A DNA stretch of 64,000 nucleotides, taken from Curvularia clavata (lineage: Eukaryota). Position numbers and translations under genes: made by a program. The notes beneath the pieces are model-generated. The model ran no database searches, was not told the origin of the DNA, and was given only the letters and a program-made list of their open reading frames with translations. The stretch spans positions 1,984,001 to 2,048,000 of the forward strand of contig CP089279.1 of assembly GCA_023920165.1 (NCBI GenBank), given 5' to 3'. This document shows positions 48,380 to 60,269 of this stretch, piece after piece (within the stretch, counting starts at the first letter, position 1; each line of letters opens with the position of its first letter).

Positions 48380-50504
48380 TGCAGATACAAGTGCTGTACC
48401 GTACTTCGGTGCCACGACAGGAGTGTTTGTTGGTCAGGTCCAGTGGGTGTGTGCAGGCTTTGGGGAAAGTGGGGCCCAGTCACACCCAATGCAGCTGCCT
48501 AGGAAGCGTGACCTGAATACGACGTAAAAACTGGTCGGATTGGTACGTGGGTATAATTGATACACCGGCTTTAGTGTGTGACTGGTGATGTAGAGTGAGA
48601 GTCCTTATTATGGTTTGTTTCATATATGCCGAAGTGATATGTATCTCGGAAGAGAGCATAATCTTTAGTAAACCCATCAAGTGTTGTTTTGTGTACATTC
48701 AAGAAAGCCTCGATGAGGGCTACTACCAAGTCTTTGGAAAACTTTAAATTTCATTCAAAAGCCATCAAAAGAAGCTACGCATGACGGTTGATTTGTGCAA
48801 CATAGAGTCACAAAAATGGGTCCAGTCCAAATGCACTGAGGACCTCGAGCGGGCTGAGATTTTCGTATGTATCTCCGAAGCCAAGAGGTTTATTGAATTG
48901 GGAAAATACAACTGCGCAAAATCCGCTAATCTTTAAATTTAGATTTCAGGAATTGACAATGCCTTTGACAGCTGAAGATTGACTCTTGTAGCTTTTTGAA
49001 TGGCGGCAGCTCGAGTGACAACAGCCCCATTACCGAAACGAACCCTCGTTCAGCTCATCTTTACGTGTCGTGTGCATGCTGCGAAGTCACAATGATAGCC
49101 TTATTGCTACGCTTTCCAGGAAAGCTCCTTCAATATCATTGCAAGGTGGCTGTAATCCAATCGACCTTATCTTGAGCATGCTGGATAGTAAGTCTATAAG
49201 CGGTGCACAGCCAGCACTCAAGCGTATGGCAACTGCTATGCACACGCATTTGTCAACAGCCGTGAATCGCCAGAATGCATCGTTAGAAGCTGTAACACTA
49301 CCCCTTCGTCTGAGGCATGACGTGCACACTGAGGAAAGAACTTACCGCAGCGAATGCTTATATACCGTAAGTACTCCGCCCTCAACTCCGGAGACTTCCG
49401 GGTATCTCTAGCCAGACCTTACTCATCACATCTCTCTCCTCCTATTCCCGCAACGTCAACATCAACGCAACTAAACATCTATACTCTCATCTTAGAATGC
49501 ACTTTCCAGCCATCACAAGACCACATCCCCGTCGCCTTATCTACTATACGTGATGTAAGGTGGAAAATAGGTACTGTGGGGCACCAAACAAGGATAATGC
49601 CTCATCTCGTTTCTACCCATCTCCGTATTCCACCTACGACGCAAGGCCCCCCCCCAAAAGGGTGCCACGAACATGTGGATCCAAGGCCCTGAGTGATCTA
49701 CCTACCCGCCGCCAACGCTGTTGTTTTTCCCAAGGACCCTGCGGCTGCTGTCTTCGAAAAAAAAGGGGACAGCCACAGGCAGAGATTGGTCAAGGGTCTG
49801 TGGGGGGATAAAAAGGCACGGGCCAGGGCGAGTAAGCACTCAAAACGGACCTGCGTGAGGATTTTGTGTATTAACGCACAGGCGCATGTGGCAGAGAAGG
49901 CGTTGATGGGGGCTTGCGGAGATAAGCAAGCATCACGTGCGATGTGGAGATTGTAAGCCGGAGGATCTGACCAATCGAGGCTGTGGCGGAGAAGGTTTAA
50001 CTTGACTTCATCTTATCCAATATACTTTACAGTCCTATTGCAGTGCGTCGCATGTTAACTGAGCCATGTACTTAGTTGTCGCAGACTTTGCATACAGCAC
50101 ATTGTGCCAGGGTGTGACCACCCTGGCACAGCCGCATGCCGTGCATTGTTAGACCCCTTACGATCCCAGCGGAAGCAGCGGTCATGACAGGAGCAAGCCA
50201 GAGACGAATGGACCATGATTAATCGTAAAAAGTATTACCATTGATGTACTATCTACAAGTGTCGGTATTAAAGCCCGCAGCACAAATGCCATGGCGGGTA
50301 TCGTATCGCATGCTCAGATTAGCAATTGCTAGGCACAATGAGGTCGTCATTATCATCGTGTCCTCTCATGAGTGTTCGTTAGGGGAAAAGAGAAACCTCT
50401 CCATGCATCTGTTATTCAAAGGCCGCCTCGCACCACCGACTCCAGTTGCTTTACACATTACTCCACCAAGTGAAGACCTTCGACAAGACGCGAGCGTGAG
50501 GCGC

Positions 50505-51343
50505 TTAGAGAAGGAGCCAAGCGGCAATACCAGCGCCAGCGGCAACAGAGATGCCAGTGGCCTTGGGAGCGGCACCCGCAGCGGGGGCGCTGGAGGCGGC
50601 GGAACCGGCAGCGCTGGTGGCAGAGCCGGCAGCAGAGCCAGCGCTTTCAGTAGCAGAGGCAATAGCGCTGCTGAGGGAAGAACTAGGGTATTGTTAGTCG
50701 GGTTTGGATGCATGCGCTGATGGTGTCTACTTACAGAACTCCGCTGGCCTCGGACTGGAGGGAGGACAGAGCAGAGTTGGCCTCAGAGACAATGGAGGAG
50801 GTGACGCTAGCGGCATCAGAGGCAACCGAGCTGGCGGCAGAGGTGACCTCGGAGGCGGCAGAAGAGGCAGCAGACGAGGCGGCGCCAGCAGCAGACGAAG
50901 CAGCGTTGCTGTCACTGTTGCTGCTGTTGCTGTCACCAGAAGCAGATGGGGCAACGGCAGAGGCGCTGGCAACGGCAGAGGTGAGGATGGGAAGAGCAGC
51001 GGGCGTCTCCGAGGCAGTGGCAGCGATACCGGCGCAGCGAGCGTAGGCCCACTGAACGGCGCTGGCGGACTGAGCAGCGTCACAAGCCTGGCGAGAGCAG
51101 TCGCGGATGCCATAGGCCCAGTTGGAGCGGGTGCAGAAGCACGACACGTCGTTGGCACCGCAGGAGAACTCGGACTCGGCGATCTGGGCCATGTTGTTGA
51201 TGCAGAGCATCTGGGTGAAGGTCAGCACGCAGGGCCATTGGCAGCCATTGGCAGGCAAAACTTACGGCACAGTCTCCGCTGGGCATGTCCTGGGCCAGAG
51301 CGGCACCAGCAAAGGTGGCAGCGAGGACAGCAAAGGACTTCAT
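50505..51343 (-). CDS. Secreted CFEM-domain, Ser/Ala-rich, probably GPI-anchored protein
   Basis: Exons 51343-51266, 51210-50735, 50682-50505. Signal peptide MKSFAVLAATFAGAALA, 8-Cys pattern (CAMLC..SCGANDVSCFC..DCSRQAC..RC), S/A stalk, hydrophobic C-terminus AAGAGIAAWLLL*. Confidence 0.88.
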
Positions 51344-52202
51344 CTTGAAGGTAGGTGGTTGGGGTGGAGGTGGATTGGATAGAAGCTTGAGTGGATGGGG
51401 CAAGGAATTGAAGGCCGACAAGAGTTGCTGAGGCTGAAGATGCTGGTTGAGGATAGAGGAGAGAGAGAAGCAGAGAGAGGGCGGGCTTGTACCTGGGGTT
51501 TATAGACAAAGCGCGGCGAGGCAGGTGCTGGAGGAGCAGCCCAGCTTAGCCCAGCTTTCACCAGCAAACGGGCAGGCGAGCAGGGGGGGACCCTTGTCCC
51601 AGGGCACGGACGCGCCCGGTCCACGTCAATCCAAGGAACGAGAACGGGACGGGGTGCGCGTGATTGGCTGCAGCGCCCGACGCCCATTCCCTATGATGTC
51701 GACTGCATCGCAGCGCCGCCAGCTCACACGCTGTCATGGCCGTCGTGCTGCCCGCTGTGCTACTGTGCCACGCCTGCTCCACTCGTCATGGCCGCCAGTT
51801 TCTTGTTGTTGTTGCGCCCGTGCGACCGACAAGACCGGCAACACGGCCAAATTGCTCAAATCTTAATTGCTGCCAGCAGAACCACTCAGACGTCACCCTG
51901 CGATCATAGGCTATGGCTTCCCGCCCTCGAGCGCCTCCTGCCGTGCGCGGTACAGTGCCTAGGCCCTGCCCTCGCCTCTCCAACTGCCTCTCGACGCTGT
52001 TTCACACATACGACGTCCATGCCATCCCTCCGGCCACAGCCACGGTGCAATCTTGCTTCCCCGCGACTACCAGCCGCCTGCTCAGATCTAGGCCGGCCGC
52101 CGATCCCCCCCCACCTGCCAATCACCTAGTCAATCCTCACCCTGCCTCCCACATAAACAAACCATCTGTGGCGCAGGCTAACCAGCCTCGACAAATATCC
52201 CC

Positions 52203-54386
52203 CTACTGGCCTTCGCCCTCCTGCTGCTCCGCCACGTACTTCTCCTCTGCCGAAGTGATGCAATGTGTGTTCGCGCCTGTTCCCAACCACTCGTTAGCCA
52301 CCGGTGCCCGCGGCCAACGACGTCGCCAACAAGCACAGCAAACTCACCTAATTTATTGATCGTCTCCATCCATTCGTCGTATGGATCCGAATCAAACACT
52401 ATGCCTCCCTGTGACAAATCATTAGCTCTCGCTCAAGCTCCTAACCCGGCCAATTCGCTCAAGCTTACCCCGGCCTGAAGATAGGCGATGCCGTCTTTGA
52501 CCACCATCGATCTTAGCGCAATGCATGTCTGCACAAGTCAGCCTCCCATGAGCCTCAAGCACGCCGCTGCACTACTCACGTCCATAGCTCCCTCAGTCTC
52601 CTTGTCGCCCTCGACGCTGCCGTAGCCAAAGTAGCCCACCGCGCCGGCGTACACACCGCGTTTTTCCCTCTCGAGCTCGGCGATGAGTTCCATGGCGCGA
52701 ACTTTGGGCGCTCCGCTCACCGTTCCTTGGACCCGTTAGCGGAAATATCAAGTTTTTTTTTTCTTGGTGGCGCTACTGACCAGCGGGAAATATCGAGCGG
52801 AACGCGTCGAATCGAGTCTTGCCAGGTCGCAGTACGCCAGATACCTCCGATACCAGGTGCTGCACGTGCGAAAACTGGTTTCGTCCCCATTAGCATCGTC
52901 ATTCCTCTTTGATCCCATCATCACACCATGTACGGCAATCACGGGTCGGTTAGCACGGAACTGTCCTTACCTTTTGCACCACCATTAGCTTGTCGACCCT
53001 GGTGGTCAGTGGGTCGCACACGCGATTGACGTCATTGCGAGCCAAGTCCACCAACATGACCTGGTACACACAGTGGTAAGCTTCAACGTCGCTGCATGCA
53101 ACTTGTCGTCAGGATACTCACATGTTCCGCCCGGTCTTTGAGCGACTGGGAGAGCTCTTCTGCAAGCGCTGCATCTTCCTGCAGCGTCTTGCCCCGCTTA
53201 ACTGTCCCTGCAATCGGATGCGTGATGATGCGACCCTGCTCCTCCTTAACCAGTAATTCGGGACTCGCGCCCACAATCTGGAAGTCCTCGCAGTCCACAA
53301 AAAACAGATAGGGCGAAGGGTTCACGTTTCGTAGGTTCCGGTAGATGTTGAAAGGGTGCAGTGAGGTCGGCCTTGCGAATCGCTGCGAAGGCACGGCCTG
53401 GATAATGTCGCCAACGTTGATGTGCTTTTTCAGCTCCTTGACATGGTTCTCGTATCCCTCCCTTCCAATGTTCGATGTATACTGGTTGCCGAGCTGGATA
53501 GGCCCTTGTTCTGGCAGCGGAATCTCCTTGTCCTTCAAGATTGTCACGTATTGCTGCAATGTGCGTCTGGCTTCTTCGTATGCCTCTTCGAGTTGATCAA
53601 GGCTCTCTGGCACCTTGACATACGTTATGACCTTGACAACTTGCGCGAAATGGTCCAACGCAACCAGCGTGTCGAAGAGCATGAAGAAGCTCTCGGGCAC
53701 GCCCAGCACATCCTTCATATCATCTCGTCTCGTTTTGGGCTCAAAGTACTTGACACAGTCATATCCAACATATCCAACAGCCCCACCCGTCATGGGAGGT
53801 AACTGTATCGAGGGTACGGTCGCGACGCGGCTCTTTGAGAGTTCCTTTTCGAGTAGCGGTAGTGGGTCCGTCTCTTCTCCATGGCCAGGGCCTGTCTTGA
53901 TGACTTTGCGAGGGTCTAGAAGCGTGCTGTCAGCCACCTTTTTAGAACTTGGTTTTCCTCGTGTACCGACCTGCGCCGACAAAGCTGTACCGCCCTATCG
54001 TCTCGGTAGTGGCAGCGCTCTCAAAAAGGAACGACAGCCTTGACTTTGCCCTGAGCCAAGAGTCAGCATACGTGTTCCCTAGTTCCGCTTCAGGGGGTGT
54101 TTCTCTCGCTCTCCCTCGTGTAGTCCGTCCTCGCATACCCATATGGGTATCGCATGAGTCATACTCACTTTGCGGAGATCTTCAGGTATATGCTCGACGG
54201 TGTCAGGAACTCGGCAGGAATCGAGGAGAACACAGGCACCAGGTTTGGTGGATTGGGGGATTTGATTGCTGCCGCCAGTACTTCTCGGACGACGTCAAGC
54301 GATGGCTGAATGCCTAACTGCTGTGGTCATGCGCTCAGTTTGGTGTTGCCTCATTGGTCTGATTCCGGACATACCTGTGGCGCCAT
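52203..54386 (-). CDS. TRP2: Anthranilate synthase component I
   Basis: Ten exons: 54386-54375, 54320/54317-54169, 54050-53971, 53915-53122, 53060-52971, 52874-52781, 52725-52580, 52528-52469, 52408-52348, 52276-52203. Motifs [58 protein letters not shown]. Confidence 0.95.
54154..54162. promoter_or_regulatory. Perfect Gcn4/CpcA consensus ATGAGTCAT inside TRP2 intron 2
   Basis: Full 9-bp ATGA(C/G)TCAT immediately after the 5' splice site of intron 2 (54168-54051). Confidence 0.5.
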
Positions 54387-54723
54387 AGTTGCTAGAACAC
54401 AAAATGAACCCTCTGTAAACCTCGTCGACGTGCAAAAAGGGACGTGTATGTGTCAGAGAGAGTCGTCGCAAAGTGTATTGAAGACACAATTGATGACTGT
54501 TTGGCCAATCGGAGAGTGCGATATTCCGAAGCAAATTGCTATCGATAGAGACTCGACCCGCCCCACCTCGGGAGCCGAGTCGCCCAGCCTCTCCAAGGCC
54601 ACATGGGTGGAGCGGCACCACGGACGTCACTGGTAGTGAACCTTCTCTCTTACACTCTCGGCCCGTTCGACTTTCGTATTCCACAGCGCACCGCATCGCA
54701 CTTTTGGCAAGCTAAAGAGGAGG

Positions 54724-56004
54724 ATGTGGCATTCGCGCCGCTGCGATAGCGCTGTGGATATCCCGCGCCCTCTAGAACGGCCATGGACACCGCCAGAAGT
54801 CGAAGACCGTCCATACGCGCGGCCAAACCATTTCAGCGTATTCGGCAACTCACCCTCGCGATATCCCAGGATGGCAGAGCAACACTGGTCGAACGAGGCT
54901 AATCGTGTACGCGAGCAGCCCTCGTACTATAGTCCGAGAACCCCGTCCATAATATCGCGACCGAAGCTGAGTTCGCATCATACTGAGCCTCTTCCATATA
55001 CACCTACGAGAGCATACCATTTTGACGGCTCTTTTTCGCCATCCAGGGGCATGCCACGCTACCCCTATACGCCTGACAGCTCTCAGATACTGCGTCGACA
55101 CACTGAAATCGTCTCGTCTCCTACCCCATGGGATAATTACTCGGACCATTCCTTGTCACCCGTGCAAGATGCTTTATCCTCATGTATTGCGCATTTCGAG
55201 GAGTTGATCCAGTCACAGCAGCCTGATGAAGACCAGATGGAGTACATTGTGAGGCAATTTGAAGCCATGGCTACACACCTCTCAACTGGTGAACCGCAAA
55301 CAAAAGAGACGGATGAGCAAGATTTTGCGCTGTCTAGACATGGATCTGACATCATGCATGCTGAAGACTACAAAGACGATCTTGCAGACGCGAAAAGCCT
55401 GTACCACCAAGCCTACGTTACCGAAGTGGGAAACTACGTCAAAAGCGTTCAAACATGCATCAACGAGTTGAAAAAGCGCCTCGATGAGGTCAAGACGCTG
55501 AACAGCATCCAGCTAGATGTCATCGACGACCTGCGCAAACAGATGAAAAACGTCCGGCAGAACATGCGCAAGGAACTTTCGCGAAGCGACGGCACTGAAC
55601 AGGGACGACAAGAAGAAGTATTCAGAATCACAAAGGTCGTAGACTTGGACGACAAAGTAGACAAGTGGCCTACAGAAGACAGCAACGAAAGCAACGACCC
55701 CAAGCATCACGACGACTCCAACAGAGAATTTGGCCTAGACAGCTGCCAAACTCTCGTCGAAGACTTCCCTTCTTCCTTTTCCAATATCTCTCAGGAAATC
55801 CAGAACGAGTACACCAAACTTGTGCGCAGCGCAGTCTACAATCTCACCGCTGATGATAACGATGATCTCCTTACCACACCACAGCTTACAGTAGCAAAGC
55901 GCAAACGCATCACCGTTATCCGCAAGCCCCCGCCAAAACCCAGCTTTTGGGCTTCGGTGGGCGAAGCCCTGGATAGGGTGGCGGAGGTGCTGTGGGAAGA
56001 TTGA
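54724..56004 (+). CDS. Hypothetical protein (P/S-rich N-terminus, central coiled coil)
   Basis: 426-aa intronless ORF with heptad segment INELKKRLDEVKTLNSIQLDVIDDLRKQMKNV and C-terminal SFWASVGEALD. Confidence 0.7.
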   Translation: MWHSRRCDSAVDIPRPLERPWTPPEVEDRPYARPNHFSVFGNSPSRYPRMAEQHWSNEANRVREQPSYYSPRTPSIISRPKLSSHHTEPLPYTPTRAYHFDGSFSPSRGMPRYPYTPDSSQILRRHTEIVSSPTPWDNYSDHSLSPVQDALSSCIAHFEELIQSQQPDEDQMEYIVRQFEAMATHLSTGEPQTKETDEQDFALSRHGSDIMHAEDYKDDLADAKSLYHQAYVTEVGNYVKSVQTCINELKKRLDEVKTLNSIQLDVIDDLRKQMKNVRQNMRKELSRSDGTEQGRQEEVFRITKVVDLDDKVDKWPTEDSNESNDPKHHDDSNREFGLDSCQTLVEDFPSSFSNISQEIQNEYTKLVRSAVYNLTADDNDDLLTTPQLTVAKRKRITVIRKPPPKPSFWASVGEALDRVAEVLWED

Positions 56005-56641
56005 TTACGCCGTATGTTGACGACGATGAGTGAATGAAGGATATGAATGATAACGTGCGATGATGGACATTTGCGAAAGCGGTATTTTGACCTTTACAGT
56101 TTCTTTTTTTCTTCTTTTATTCCATTTACGCCTCGCAGTTTCAAACACTCTCTTGCTGTCTTTTCTTCTGGTACGACATCACAATTTTGGGTAATGAAAT
56201 AGGGCGACGACGATGATAATGTGGCTTGCAGTATAGGCCTCAAGATGAACTTGAGTACACCTATGTCGACTGCACGTAGACGGCCTCTTTTCCTTATTTT
56301 GTTTTTTCTTTTCGGGGTTTTCTGCTTTTTTTTGCGTCTTCAGGTCATCTGCGTGAGTATATGTAGGATACCCCCGGTTAGTTCTAAATTGCTTTTCCTG
56401 GTCTGTTTTCCTTCTGATGGCTTCAAGTCCCATGGCGAGTATACCTGCTATCGCTGTTTTACTACTCTATTCTTAGTTTGCGCTCCTCTCTCTCATATTG
56501 GATAATGCTGAATGAAACATCGCGATTATGACTCTTCAATTGATCATACATTTCTGTATATTTTAGAAGCCCCCAAATGCATGCATTGGTATCATTTCTG
56601 CATCACCTCCTACTATCTACCCACCATTAGCACCTTGGCTC

Positions 56642-57629
56642 TTACTCCACATAATCCAAACTGCCCTTTCCAACCGTACCCTTGACCGCATCCTCGCCCT
56701 TTTGCTGCCTCAGCTTCTCCTCAAACTTGGCAAACTCCTTCATGGCAATTTCTTCCTCCTGGTCCAGAACCTGCTGCACACCCTTGACTTCCTCAATATA
56801 ATGCATCAACATGCTCTCAATGCCGTTCTTCAGCGTCACGGTACTCGAGTCGCAAGTTCGGCACGCACCGCGTAGCTTCAGCAGGACCTGGCCGTCGTTG
56901 AAACCACGGAATTCAATGTCGCCACCGTCTTCCTGGATTGCTGGACGTACGCGTGTATCAAGCAGCTCCTTGATCATACCAACCACTTCGTCGTCATTCT
57001 CGTCGTAGGCCAAGCTGTCCGCCTCTTGGCCGCCTTGACCTTGCTCTCCATCCTTTGCGGCGACAGTATTGACAATTGGTGAGCCGGATGTCATGCATTC
57101 GTTGATGATGGCAAAGACCTCAGGCTTGATGTGGCTCCATGGTGTGGCCGAGTCCTTTGTGACGGTGATGTAGTCTGCGCCAAAGAATACGCTAGTTACG
57201 CCGTCAATGTTGAGAAGTTGGGCGGCGAGCGGAGAAGGATGCGGTGGTGCGAGAGTCGAGCGCGGGTTTAGGTACTCGAGGAAGGGCGAGGATATAGATT
57301 CGGGAAGTACCCGTTGATTGGGATTGAATTTTAGCGCCTGGTACTTGTCAGCAACAGAGTAATGTTAGTATCAGGTGGGGTATGCATACATCCGGGTTCG
57401 GAGTTGGTTCAGTTTGTATGAACATTGTTCGGTGGGCAACGAGTGTAGCTGGTGCAGATGCCCTCTGGCTCCATTTCTGTACTGTTGGTCTATGTTGGAG
57501 TCGTGAGGCTGTGATGGGCGATGACTGTTGGTGGATGCATCTTGTGGCAATGCGTGGCGCTGAGCTTCGCAAGGGTGTAGCGCGCGAAAGAGCGCGGAAT
57601 GCAGCACGGGGGATTGGGCTTGAGGTCAT
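56642..57629 (-). CDS. NFU1: Mitochondrial Fe-S cluster carrier Nfu1
   Basis: Exons 57629-57390 and 57337-56642. Presequence, MFIQTEPTPNPDALKF, VRPAIQEDGGDI, LRGACRTC (CxxC), TLKNGIE. Confidence 0.95.
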
Positions 57630-58113
57630 CTCTGGGTCGTAGTCTGGATGTCGTGTTTGTTAGGTATAACAAAGTGTATTGTCGCAATGGCGGTTGCTGA
57701 GTCGAGATGGAAACTTTCGGGAACTCGGGCCAAGCGAAGTATGACGTTCATTGGATTATTCAGCCACGCTCTGAATGGTCCCGCCGGTTCGCCTAGTCGC
57801 TGCGGCCGTGCAGTGTCCTACGAAATCTTCTTTTCCGGTTGTGATTGCATTGCACGTACATTCTCAGACATTCACAGTAATTTCAAGAAGACCGATGTAC
57901 TTTTGAATATTCTCATTAATTATTACGTTTCTATCGTCCTATCGTACAATCCTGTATCGGCTATTTAAGCCTATTGCTATGTCTCCCGATTGTCAGTCTG
58001 CGTCTGGTATATATCGCGTAAAAGTCGTTAGGTACAGTTAAAGAAATTGCGTGCTAGGAAGCACAGTGACAAGAGACAGTCTGGAGCAACACCAGTTGGT
58101 GGAGGTCGTTCGC

Positions 58114-59029
58114 TTAGTAGTTGGTAGCGGTGTTTCCGTAAGTGGCAGTGTTGCCAGTAACAGCGTAGTTGCCAGCAGGGGCGGTGTGGTAGCCAGAGCT
58201 GACAGGCTTGTGGCTGTCATAGCCGACATTAGGCGAAGCGACGGTGGAGCCGGTGTAGGCGGTATCGTTGCTAGGGCGGTAGTCGTGGGTACCAGCAGGA
58301 GCGGCAAGACCGCCAGTGGCAGCAGGGACAGCAGCAACTTCAGGGTCACGGTGACCGGCCATGCGGTTAGCCTTCCTGCGCTGCCAGAACTTCATGCCGG
58401 AGCCCTTGGTGTAGCCGTTGGAAGGACCAGGACCAAAGCGCTTTTCCTTCTTGTGGTGGCGCATGAGGAACACCTGGAAGAGGGCGCTGAGCAGGAAGAG
58501 GACAGCACCAACGATGGCGACGGCGAAGCAGGCCTTGTTGAGCCTGCAAGCAGTGCCAAGTGAGGCAGCGTAGGTAATCTGGTCGCCCTGGCCATTGGAG
58601 CCGAAACCTTGCCTGGAGCGAGAAGGGCCATTGCCAAGAGGAGTCTGGACGTTGCCAGAGCAGCTGTGTGCACCATCACGAGTCATGACAGCGATGGCAA
58701 TCATGGCGCCACAGCAGAGGACATTGAAGAGTATGCCGAGGAGAGCAAAGATGGTCTACCAAAATATTAGTATCTAATCTCGAATTAGATGGAAGGCTTC
58801 TTACCTTGCCCCCAATGCAGCAGGTCAGCAGAACAGCAAAGATGGTGTAGAGCACCACAACACCCGAGAGACCTTCAACAGCCTTTTGCCAAGTGGGAAT
58901 GCCGGCATTGCGGTCAGCCTGTACAGCGAGGAAGTAGCTGTAGATTCCTAGCACAATGGCAGCACAGCAGAACTCGAGGGCGTAGAGGGCCGTCGAGCCA
59001 AACTTCAATGCAGCGCCGCCGAAGCCCAT
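58114..59029 (-). CDS. Four-TM MARVEL-like membrane protein
   Basis: Exons 59029-58805 and 58755-58114. Four hydrophobic helices, Cys-containing loop, C-terminal KRFGPGPSNGY. Confidence 0.8.
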
Positions 59030-60269
59030 GGTTGCGGTTGTGGTCAGGTATGGAAACTGAAAAAGAGACTGCTTGTGTGGATGGTATGCAGGATGTGTGG
59101 GAGATGTGTTCGACTGAGCATGACCTCAGGGCGAAAGGATTTATGTGTCTGTCGAAGATCAGTAGGCGATGACGCAGTACGGGTCTTGTACATCACGTGA
59201 CAGCGGCGCACAGCCATGCGTGCCTGCCGTGTTGCGACAAATGTCATGTCGATCACGGGCCCGTGCAGCGATTTCAAGCCACGGTGGAGTGAACCCTGCT
59301 TTTTGCTTTTCATTCTCCAACCAACAACGTCATGCTAATGGCAAGTCACAATCAAGCCGCCTCCGTCGAGATCCAGACTCGCCGGCGCCATGCTGCCAAG
59401 TTGGCGCTTGCGATCATCATACCTTTGCGATCCCAGGGGCTTTCGTTGTCACTCACGGCAAGGCAGTGTCCCTTGACATGCCTGCTCTCGAGTTGGCAGC
59501 GCCACAAAGCCACACCCTCTCTTGCATCCTGTCGGTGAGGCAATGCAGGCTGATGCCCCTGCATGCATGAGCCACCCGTCATGTCATGCCATCAAATGCC
59601 CGACCGCTTGGGCTTCTCTACACACTGATATCACCATGTCGCAACTATTCTCTGCATCCCACATGCTTTTTCCTCGGGCCCCGCCATTCGCCAACTACGC
59701 TGTAGTCCATCTTGATTTCGTTGCGATGGGATGCGCAGGCCTGCAGCGAACTGTTGTCCTGCCTCCATAGCATACCAAACTGCTTCCACGCTGCTTGCTG
59801 GCGCTAACCACAGTTCGTCACTGTGTTTGGGCGAGTCTTTGTTATTCTGCCGAAGGTACATGGCTACCAAACTTTAACGTGACCCTAGGGGACTCGCTGG
59901 CCCGTTGAGGTTGGCGGTGTCGTCACACTTGGTGACGATCCGCTGTGAAGATCTTGGTCGAGAGGCTACGCCGCCAGCACACTAAGCTAGCGTCACTGGA
60001 CAGCTCCGGTAACTCTTGATGCCATCTGCCTGGGAGTACGGAGGTGTAAACACTGTTCATGTTGGCGACAAGTCTTGGGTTTTGACTTCTTTTGCTATTC
60101 AGCTGTCTCCATTGGGTGTCCACTGCCTGACAGGTCAACAACCCTCAATTGTGCGTCATTCAACTTCCATGATGCAAAATAGGCATGCAGTCTCTCGCCG
60201 ATGCATCCATGCCAACCCATCATTTATCACAAAATTTAGCGCTTCAACACTTCACAGGTCTAGCCTTAA

